Positions 53,601 through 64,000 of a stretch of 64,000 nucleotides of DNA are shown piece by piece; the stretch's first letter is position 1; each line of letters starts with the position of its first letter. The notes beneath the pieces are model-generated. The model ran no database searches and was not told where the DNA came from. It saw nothing but the letters and a program-made list of their open reading frames with translations. Source of the stretch: Octopus sinensis (Eukaryota); the NCBI RefSeq assembly GCF_006345805.1, contig NC_043000.1:101122001-101186000 (forward strand), given 5' to 3'. Made by a program: the position numbers and the translations under genes.

Positions 53601-54199
53601 ATAAGCCCTGGGGTTGATTTGTTTGACTAAAACCCTTCAAAGTGGTGTCCCAGCATGGCCACAGTCAAAAATCATTGAAATACGTAAAAAATGAAAAGGT
53701 AGAAATAAGCACACCAAATTCAGGAATTTCAAGACTATGTGGATCTTGACTCTGAGTCCTAAGAAGTGGTCAAAGAGTTCACAGCTATAAGAAACAAAGA
53801 TAAAATCTTGAATGACTCCCATGGCTGAAATTATCATATCTCTGGTTATTTAGTAATGTAGTGTCACAACTTGCTACCCTCTATGTTTACTGATTATGAC
53901 TTATCAGTCCATTTACTTTGAACTTAGGATTCATGAATCTCACAAACAAATCTGTTATCTATATAAATAAGAGAGTTTGTATGCATGTGTGTGTCTTTGT
54001 GTGTGTGTGTGTGTATGTTCCTTATGCATTCAAAAATTGAGTTGCTGATTTTGATGTAATCTTTTAGCTACTAAATAAACTTTATTTTCATTGACATATT
54101 TTCTACGTTATCTCAATGATCAGCATTAGTTATTTGAAAGACACTGCTCTACTGCAACCAGGTTTCATTGAAAAGTGAAAATAATTTCTCACTTTTAAT

Positions 54200-54800
54200 T
54201 TGAACCAAAATTACAAAGTGTTGCATTATGAGAGTGACTATGAGGAAAGCAATGCAAAAATGGATAGGTTAATATTTAGGACTCCTAACATAGCAAATAC
54301 ATATAGCAAGAGTAATTCAGAAGACTTAGTATGCAAGCAGAGCATACCTGGTAAGGAAACAAAGAATACTTCTAAAAATAAAATCTGTGATTGTACTAGG
54401 GAGGATCGATGTCCATTAAGGAATTTTTGTTGAGAAAAGGGGTTATATACAGGTGTAAGGTAACAACAGAGTGAAAGAATTATTATTATATAGGTTCTAC
54501 TGCAAATTATATTTTTAAAAAAAGGATAGTGAACCATGAAAACACCTTTAGGGATAGGTAAGAAGAAGCTAGCACTTGTCTTAGTAAACTAATTTGGATG
54601 ATTAAGGATAAAAAGAAGGAATATACACTTATGTGAGAAATAATTAGCAGGGCAAAATCTTATAGCATTGGGAACAAAAGATGTGAACTCTGTGTAGAGG
54701 AACATTATCAAACTCTAACATCAAAAGACAAATCATTAAACAAGAGAGAAAGGGATTTTTATCGTGTGCATAGGGTTAAATATACATTTAATAAATTTAA
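54200..54800 (+). mobile_element. Penelope-like element 3' region, GIY-YIG endonuclease (CxC..CPL type)
   Basis: ICDCTREDRCPLRNFC*EKGVIYRCKVTTE*KNYYYIGSTANY..KKRIVNHENTF..STCLSKLIWMIKDKK..EII..Y..NKRCELC matches the CxC-CPL / VIY..YIG / CxLC pattern; stops present. Confidence 0.75.
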
Positions 54801-55789
54801 ATAAATTGAAATGAATATATTCAAATAGACACTGAGTGAATAATTCAATTATGCATAAGTATAATCCTTAAAATTGATTTTAAATAGTTTTTATTTAAAA
54901 AATTAAACACCAAGTGTATGCTACCTAAGAATCATATTTCTACACTAGTGATGAATAATGTAGGAACCCAAACCATCAATAATATATCTAAATAAATCAT
55001 ACTATTAATAAGAGGGGAAGGGGATTTTTTATCTACTCATATATAATTGTAAAATTTATATTTGTATTTATTGAATTTGAATAAATTTAATCGAAATAAA
55101 CACTGTATGAATAATACAATACATAAGTTTCTATAGTTAAATATACTTTTTTTGAAATTAAATAAATTTAGGGAAAAATAAACACTGTGTAAATAGTAAA
55201 TTAAACCATTAATTAAATAAAGTGTAAGAAAGAACCCAAACTACCAAGTAATGTATCTAAATAAATAATTTTTATTAATAACAAATAATATAGCTTTTTA
55301 CAATAAGAATAAACAAAAGAAAAAGTAAAAAGTAGCAAATAAGTGCATAGCTAGATTTATATTTTTACCAATAAATAAGAACATTTTCTTCTATATATAA
55401 AAGATGAAAACATCTATAGCAGCAATTGGGATTTCAAGAGTGTAAGGTACTAATCAGAGTAGAACCAATGAGAGGCACTAGTACATATGCACATATGGAA
55501 TTCCCAGAATCGTTAATTGATATGGAGCTAAACCGGTGTACTCTTGGATAATTATTTCTAGGAAAGAACAACCTCTTTCCACACATATATGGGTATGTAT
55601 ATATATATAATAGAAATATGTTTCAAAAAGAAAATAGAAACTACATGTGGAAACGGTATGGGGAAAGTAAGAAGGAAAAAGCAAAAATGTACGTTGGATA
55701 TTAAAAAAATAAAGTTTTTTTAATGAAAAGTAACAATAAATATATACAATTAGATGAACTGAGGTAGAATTAAGAGGAATAAAAGTCAT

Positions 55790-57300
55790 TATGACTTGTT
55801 AAAGGGATTCAAAATCATACTGGTTTTGTCAATTACTGTTCACTGGCTTTGAATGCTCACTGATTACCAAATGGTGTTGGGCCTAATAGTCCCTGAGTAA
55901 AAAGATTATGTGTAAGGGAGGTAAGTAGTTCTGGATGTAGTGCAGTTAGGGTAGATATAATACTGTAATAAGAATGGTGTATGGGATGTATGGGAGTTAG
56001 TGGTATTATTGGTAAGGTTAGTAGTGTTCTGTATTATGTTATGCGTTAATGTTAAGTTGTGGGTTGAATTTATTAATGAAAGTTGCCTCTTTGTTCATTG
56101 AACATTGATAGAAGAGGAAAATTAGGAAGTTAGGATTAAGGTTCTTAGCACACCTTTCTATGAGTTCACTGACCTGTATCTGTCTGTATTTTAGGTGGCG
56201 GATTTGTTCTTTGTGAAGAGTCATTCTTCAACAGAGTGATATTCCTGTTTGGTCAATATATTGATTACCACGACCTAAGCAGGTAATGGCATAGATTAGG
56301 TTTTCCGATGCACAGGTGAAATTTGATTTAATCTTAAATATTTCACCTTTTTTAAAGTGGAACTCAGTACCCTCCAAAAGGAGTGGTATATGCCACAGTT
56401 AGGCCATCTGCACTTTTTCACTTTTGATTCTGTTGTTAATGGATATAGTCTTGTCTTGGTAAATATTTTTTTGAATGATTCTGGTTGCATTTTACTTTTG
56501 ATAATTTTGTGTGAGTCTAAAATTTTGTTCATTATTTTTATCTTCTGTGAGAATGGGTAGATTTCACTTGATAATGTTGAAGGCTTCATTGTTTCTAGGG
56601 CTGTGTGTGGAGATGTATGGGAGTATTTTTAAGTCTTGTGTAGTATTTTGATTAACTTCCTTTAATGTTTTTATGTCTATTTCCTTTGCTCGTTTAATCC
56701 CATCATTTATTAATGATGTTGAGTAATGTCTCTTGATTAGTATTGATCTGAGTTCAAGGAGTCTTCATTCATGAGTATTGGTATCTGAAGTTACGGTACA
56801 GATTCTTTTCCCTAGATTATAAGGTACATTAATTTTTATGTGTTTGGGGTGGCATGAGTTGAATAATAGGTATTGTTTTCAATCTGTGGATTTATAGATG
56901 TCTGTTTCGATGTGGTAATTGGCTATTTTAATTAGGATGTCAAGAAAAGTGAATTGTATGTTGTTATTGATACTGTTGAGCATTATTTTGAAATCGAGGA
57001 GTTTGTCCATGCTAGCTTTCCAAAGTATAAAGCAATCATCTAAATACCTCATCCAGTTCTCCTTTAAATAGCAATGAAATGAGGTGCCATATTTTTGTAG
57101 TGATGATTGGTATATTTTAAGATCTAGGTAACCCCATTACAAGATTCGCAATCACTGGAGCAGCTCGGGTTCCCATTGCAATTCCACATTTTTGTTGATA
57201 ATAAACTGTATCGAACATGAAATAGTTGTTCAGTAGGATGAATTTGCGAGCTGAGATTATGAATCTGTGGTTTATGCATCCTGGGATCTCTTCTGGGTAC
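55790..57300 (-). mobile_element. Penelope-like element (Penelope/Poseidon-type) RT plus GIY-YIG, 5' part interrupted by a SINE
   Basis: NNYFMFDTVYYQQKCGIAMGTRAAPVIANL, ENWMRYLDDC (~57035), FTFLDILI..TDIYKSTD..YLLFNSCHPKH, FTCASENLIYAITC..QYIDQTG and HKEQIR..FINKFNPQLN; frameshifted. Confidence 0.85.
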
Positions 57301-58949
57301 TTTGTCAAGCACACACACACACACACACATTAGCATGCACATAAATATATGACAGACTTCTTTCAGTTTCCACCTACCAAATCTACTCACCAGGCTTTGG
57401 TCAACCTAAGGCTATAGCAGAAGACACTTGCCCAAGTTGCCATGCAGTGGGACCGAACCCAGAAGCATGTGGTTGGGCAGCAAACTTCTTACCACTCAGC
57501 CATGACTGCGCTTTTCTACACAGCCATGACTGTATAATTTGAGAGATATTTGGCTACTACTAAACCTACTTGGTTGTGTGGCTGCATAAAGGATCTTACT
57601 GTTTTGATATGTCAAATTATTACTGAATGAAGAATAACTGACCAGAGCAGAGGTGAAGGGAAAAACTAATTACAGGGATACAGAGCTAGTAAAGAAAATA
57701 ATTGTTTATTATGCATGAATGCACACTCATTTAAATGAACCTTATCGGAAAGCGAAAGAAAGAGGAAGGGACCTGGAGTTCAAACTTCCTTTATTTATTT
57801 ATTTATTTATTTTCTAAGATTTTGTGCTACTCAGAGATAGCTTTAGAGTTATATGGTTAATAAAATCACTCTAAAACTGAATTTTGGGGTTCTAATCCAT
57901 ATATGTGTGTGTGTATATATATATAATGTATAGATGTTAGTCAAGGCCACTGGTATTTATAGAGTATTAAACACTTTCGGTATGCAAAATAGGGACCCTT
58001 TCATAGAGTAACTGCTGCATTTATTGAATATATAAACAGCTTGGTCGCTTGTATCTCTGGAGACTGTCATTCATTATTTTTTCAGTGTCTGGAGAAATAG
58101 CTAAAATTTGCCCTATTTATAATTATACCATATTTTACGTATACATATATATATGTGTGTGTGTTTGTGTGTATGTGTGAGTGTGCACGTGCATGCATGC
58201 GTGCATGCATGTGTGCTTGCGTGTGTGAATAGATGAATCTCTCTCAGTTCCTACAATGAAGATTCAGTAGTTCAGACACACACACAGACATGGTAGGCAG
58301 TCTCTGCTTACTAAATTTGACCTCAAGGCATTATTTAGTTGACCTGAAATTATAGTAGAAAAAAATCTGGCCCATCTGCCACATAGTGGAACTGAACCTA
58401 AAGCAGAAACAATGTAGTTATGAAGCAAACATTTTTAACCAAGTATTGGTAATATATACTTAAGTTATCTCAATCATACCCACTACCTCATCAATTCCCA
58501 GCTGGTATCTATCAGTTCAAAAATAAATCAATACTTTAAGATTGATTCAATGCCTCATGTCTCCCTCATTATTAAAAGGGAAAGCTTTGTACTTAGTCAA
58601 AAGTTATCTGAATTATATATTCTTAAATCGGCATCACCATGATCTTGGAATCTTATAGCCCATCATTAATAGAAATTTGTGTCTTGTGGAAAGCATTTAA
58701 TACGGCGGTTCTAGCTTCCGAAACCTTCATTTTATATCTGCATTGATATATTTGAGGTAGAGGTTGTGACAGTAATAGTAGTAATGGTGGTGGTGGTAGC
58801 GGTGGTGTGGTTTGAAGAAATCTTGTTTGAATAAGTGAGGATTATGGGTTGCATGCAATCTGAGTGATTTTGTATTGATGGATTAAAAAGGTGTCTCATG
58901 ATAAAGGAATTTGCAGATATGGAAGTAACTGATGGTTGCTGACCTCTCT

Positions 58950-59520
58950 ATCTGATATCATATTGACTTTGATACATTGAGTTTTAGATGCTTTTGTTGA
59001 TGGTGATGATGATGATGATAGTTGTGGTGGTGGCGGCAGTTTGGGATGAGAATAGTTATGATGATGAGAATGACAGTGGATGGTGATGATGCTGGGGGAA
59101 GATATGATAAATGATAATCATGATAGGAATGATAATGATGATGGTAGTGGTGGTGATGGTCGTGGCAGGATTTGTGGATGAACAGTAGTGATGATGAAAC
59201 TGATGATAATGATGAAGCTGATGTTTATAATGATGAAATTGATGATGATGACAATGAAGTTGATGATGATGATGAAGTTGATGATGATGATGATGATGAT
59301 GATGATGACGACAGCAATGACAATGATATTGACACAATGTTAGTGGTTGTGGTAATGACCAGGATTTAAGTATGAGGATAAGGGTGATGATATTGATATG
59401 ATCTTGATAGTGGTGGTCATGATGATAGTGATGATGATGAAGAGAAGGATTTTGCAGTTAACAGTAAGAATAAGAATGATGCCAAGGGCTATAATGTTGG
59501 TGAGGATAAAGAGGAGTTTA
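58950..59520. repeat. (GAT)n/(GGT)n degenerate trinucleotide tract
   Basis: Directly visible; explains the poly-D and poly-H ORFs. Confidence 0.9.
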
Positions 59521-61734
59521 AGGACGTGATATTACTGGTGATGTGTTATACTATGAGGATGGCTGTGTACAGAAGTGCTGAGCTCTAATTGTGGAGAGTA
59601 CCTGTGGAAGGAGTAGACCCAGGAATATATGGGACAAAGTGGTGAGAAAGGATCTTTGGATGCTGGTCCTCACTAAGGAAATGACAAGAGATCGGGAGAT
59701 GTGGCGATTTGCTGTATTTAAGACATGCCAAGTTAAGTAAGTCACTGTTTTCCACACAGACAGGCCTGCCCTTTCAGGTGATGGTGCTACATAAAAGCAC
59801 CCATGCTAGTGGTGCATAAATGCACAAATGCTTGTGGGGCACATAAAAAGCATCCAGTTGAGTGGTTGGTGTTAGGAAGGTCATAAAAACCATGCCACAA
59901 CAGACAATTGAAGTCCGGACGGCTCCCAGCTGGCCAGCTGCATGTCAAACGAACCAATCCATGCCAGCATGGAAAGAAGATGTTAAACAATGATAATTAT
60001 CTAAAAAGATGACGGTGATGATGATGATGATGATGTTGATGATGATAATGGTAGATATAATACTGATAAAAGATGATATGATGAAGATGAAAGTTTATTT
60101 TACTCCTACTGTTTTTCCAAGAAATTGAGACAATAAGCTGTTGAGAATTCCATTAGCCATTGCAGTGGTGTTGTCTTGTTGTTGAACCTCAGGTCACTTT
60201 TGAATGAGCAAATCTATGATCAAAAGCATTCTAGCCGTGTTCTTCCATGTTTGTGTACATCAGGGGTTATGCTCAACTAACATTTTAACTAATTAAATAG
60301 ACTTGCTAGAGCATATTTAATCTACAGTGTTCACAATTCACTCCTTAACTAGTGAAAGTTAGAAATCATTATTGATCTTATTAAAAGTAAATAGTTAAAA
60401 AAAAAACAATAATAAACAACGAAAAAAATTTAAGAGCGAACACAATTATTTTGTTTATTTTAACAAAATATTAAAATTTTTGACTATTAGCTGGGGGTGA
60501 CCACAAAGTTTTCAAAGTATGATAAGTAAATAATTAGTTAAAGAAATAATTAGACACTAAAAATTAAAATTTTAAAATAGATTTTTTAGTATTTTTTTTA
60601 AAAACTAGTCACTAGAATAAATTAGAGAAATTGATTAGGTGTTAAGCAATTTTGGAATGATACACAGACTATCTATTTTCGATTTAATTGCTTTCATTAT
60701 TTTCTTACGAAAAAAAATAACCATAAAAATGACAAAAACAAAATAAACAGTTTCTTAGTTAATGATTTTGTAAATACTAATTTTCTACAATAATGAATAT
60801 TTAACTAAATCTCAATACTTTTTACAAAATTTTTTATTTTCTTTTTCAAAATTAAACTGATGCTCTTTAAAATCAAATTTGAGCAGGTAGCACCGAAATT
60901 TTGTCGGAAGAGTGTTTCTAATTTAACTAATGGATTGAATTCTTGCAAAGTTTGCTTTTGCGTAATTGAAATAAAGAAATTATTTTGGAGTTCATGACCA
61001 ACATCCTTTTTCTTCTATAGTCTTAATATATGCAAAACATCTTAGGCAAGTGTTTCCTTCTCTAGCCTCAGGTTGACCAGTGGATTGTGAGTGGAATTTG
61101 GAAAACAGAAATTGTGTGTGTTTTTAAAAATTGTTTTGAAAAAATAGCAGAATGCAAGTCAAATATAAAAGAGCCTACACAGCAGTAAGGAAGACAAAGC
61201 AACTATTTTCAGTTTCACTTCTAATTTCCATATTTCAAGGCTTAAGATTGTTTTAATTAAAAGAAAACAGAAGATGGTGACAAACTAGTGTGTTTTTGCA
61301 AAAGAGAGAATTATGTCTTTCCTTAATAGTTGTTGTTTAGCCTCAAGTGAATCCTGAGCTATAAAGCATATAACCAAAGCAGTTCTAGCAGTGACCATTC
61401 CAACTTTCATTTTGTCCAAACAGGACATTATCTGACATTTTCTTTTGTAAATGGTTGGGTGCCATTTGAGGGAGATTTAGTTGCTATTCTTAGCAAGTCA
61501 AATGATAGTATGATTTGTAATAATTCTTTCTAATTTTGGCACAAAACTAGCAATTTTTGAGGAGAGGGGCTAGTTGATTATATCAACCCCAGCATTTGAC
61601 TAGTATATTGTTTTATGGATGAAAGGCAAAGCTGACACCAGGGATTTGAACTTAGAACATTACTGAGCATTTTTTCTGACACTTTAATGATTCTGTCAGC
61701 TTGCTACCTTGTCATTGGTTTGAAATAATCCTTT

Positions 61735-62185
61735 TTACTATAGGCACAAGGACTGCAATTTTGGGTGAGGGGTAAGTCAGTTACATTGACTCCATTACTC
61801 AACTGGTATTTATTTAAGGCGGCGAGCTGGCAGAAACATTAGCAAGCCGGGCGAAATGTGTAGCTGTATTTCGTCTGCCGTTATGTTGAGAGTTCAAAAT
61901 CTGCCGAGGTCGACTTTGCCTTTCATCCTTTCGGGGTTGATAAATTAAGTACCAGTTACGCACTGGGGTCGATGTAATCGACTTAATCCGTTTGTCTGTC
62001 CTTGTTTGTCCCCTCTGTGTTTAGCCCCTTGTGGGTAGTAAAGAAATAGGTACTTATTTCATCGACCCCTCCCACCCACCCCAAAGGATGAAACTTCAGC
62101 AGAATTTGAACTCAGAATGTAAAGATGGATGAAATACTGCTAAGCATTCTGCCTGGCATGCTAACAATTCTGCCAGCTTGCCTCC
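61735..62185. mobile_element. Minus-strand SINE A host with a nested plus-strand SINE A (61816-62048)
   Basis: The host sequence resumes after the insert; flanks GGTATTTATTT (61805-61815) and GGTACTTATTT (62049-62059) form a 10/11 target duplication. Confidence 0.8.
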
Positions 62186-64000
62186 ATTATTGGTTTGTAA
62201 TAATGGTACCAGTGCAGGCTTAAGATACGGGCACATTGTGGGGAGGGGTTCCACAGATCCATGTGTCTTATACTAATCTACATATAATTCAGAATAATTG
62301 TTGATGATGAGGTTTTGTTGAAGAATGAACAAGCTAAAAATATTTCTTAATTCAACATGTTTATTCCAGTTTCCATATCAGAAAGTTGTCATAATATATT
62401 ATTTTTGTTGAATATTCAAGCTTATACGTGATAGTTGAAGAGATAAACAAATAAAATACATTTTTTACTGCCATGTGTATTTGTACCTACATATGAGAGT
62501 GAAAAGAGTGAAAACAAATGAAGTGAGAGGGGGGTGAGATAATGTCATAATGGCATATCATAAGACAAAACCTCTGCTGCAATTATTTTTAGAGATTGAA
62601 TTATACCACATAAAATATTGGTAAACTTTGTCATATGTTTTTGTATTTTGATACAAAAAGTCAAGGTTGTTCTTTATATTTCTATTTACATTTTATTGCA
62701 TTTGCCATAAAAATGTGATTGGTTGTAATGTATGTTGGTAGGCATGTTAATTATCTGTATGGGTAGTTTATTGCATGCTGTAATAAAATAAATGAAGGAT
62801 ATTAGCTGAATTTGAATCCAAATTCAAAGAAAAATGTTGTAAGATCTGAGGAGCCATCCACCATACATGCATATTGTGTTTTGCTGTCTGTAAATAAATA
62901 TCCTTGGTCCAAGTGTATTACTTTACACAAGGACCTAAAGTGCTGTTATCATGGCCCTGGACGTTAGTGGTTGTTTGACCCCTAGGTCATTTTGATGAAG
63001 TAGGGCTATCCCTGAAATCATTGCAGTTAAAACCAATCTGCCTTTTTGAACTAGATTGTCCAATGTGAGCATTGAAGATATTTTTTGGCTGCTATTTTTA
63101 AAGATCGATTGACTGTGTATAGTCCCCTTTGATATTAGTCATGAATTAAATCAGTTACCTGACTTTTCATCATAACATGCAAGCATATATGAATTACTTA
63201 AGTTTTTTTTAATTCTCTTGTGACAGTCATTGAACTTTGGCTATGTTGGTGCACCACTTTGCAGGGGCAGTCAAACAAATCTACCCCAGTACTTCTTTTA
63301 AATATCATGCTTATTCTTTTGGTGCCTTTTACGAAACTGCTAGATTACAGGGGTGTAAACAAACCAACATATGTTCGCAAGCTGTGAGAAGTCAAACACA
63401 CCTATATCATCATCATCATTCAATGTCTGTTTTCCATGCTGGCATGGGTTGAATGGTTTGACAGAAAACTGGTGAGCTGGGGAGTTGCAACGTGTTCCAA
63501 TCTAATTTGGTATAGTTTCTAAAGCTGGATGCCCTTCCCAATGCCAACCACCCCAAGAGTGCAGTGGGTGCTTTTTAGATGCCACTGACAAAGTTGCCAG
63601 TTACAAAACACTAACATTGGCCATGACTATGATCTCGCTTGTCGTGCCAGGTCTTTTCAAGTATGGTATATTGTCAATATATATATCTCATCAGTGGCAG
63701 CAGCTTAATGTCCACTTCTTTTTTTTGGGGTAGATTTCCCACATACATATATATATATATATATAAATGCGCGTGTATATATATATATATATATATAAAT
63801 GCGCGTGTGTATATATATATATGTATGTATGTATGTATATGTGACAAGTGAATGAAGTATTATGTAATGAACTTTATTAAATTCAGTGAAGTTCATTAAA
63901 TAATTTTTTGCTCATTAATCATATTTTATTACACTGTTCATGATTAACACTTTCCTGAAGCATATATATATTGATTATTAGCTGATATATATATTAGTAT

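Noticed and set aside
58653-58737. Minus-strand acceptor followed by YKMKVSEARTAVLNAFHKTQISINDGL*
   Set aside because: Short, unrecognised, weak polypyrimidine tract and no partner exons.
3046-63896. The many 60-190 aa ORFs rich in Y/I/C/V/M/H/T, poly-L/N/D/H
   Set aside because: They are translations of (AT)n, (AC)n, (ATAC)n and trinucleotide microsatellites, open in several frames at once.
1-64000. CRISPR arrays, rRNA, snRNA or prokaryotic operons
   Set aside because: No regularly spaced repeat-spacer structure or recognisable rRNA/snRNA sequence; the window is eukaryotic repeat-rich DNA.

Overview
Strongly AT-rich, repeat-saturated eukaryotic DNA that I judge to be octopus (coleoid cephalopod). 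That call rests on recognising octopus-type SINE families and the very dense (AT)n/(AC)n/(ATC)n microsatellites. I cannot support any intact host protein-coding exon, so the window looks like a large intron or intergenic DNA, and almost every long ORF in the supplied track is a microsatellite artefact. Identifiable coding remnants are all from transposable elements: a near full-length degenerate hAT-superfamily (probably hATm-like) transposase (15.4-18.0 kb, minus), a mariner transposase (29.2-30.0 kb, minus), a Tx1/L1-type ORF2 3' end, three R4/Dong-type 3' ends and three Penelope-like elements (RT and/or GIY-YIG). There is also an intact piggyBac-type MITE and dozens of SINEs. The most interesting signal is a set of minimal type I hammerhead ribozyme motifs of the kind associated with Penelope-like elements. 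Two have a fully intact catalytic core and lie in tandem 631 nt apart (6614-6712 and 7245-7340, minus). A third is near-intact (45937-46007, plus), and several half or decayed copies occur elsewhere. One half copy sits in the loop of a 198-bp-arm fold-back palindrome that interrupts a SINE (31.7-32.5 kb). A second ~100-bp-arm palindrome and two microsatellite-bounded tandem duplications are also present; these need read-level checks to exclude assembly artefacts.
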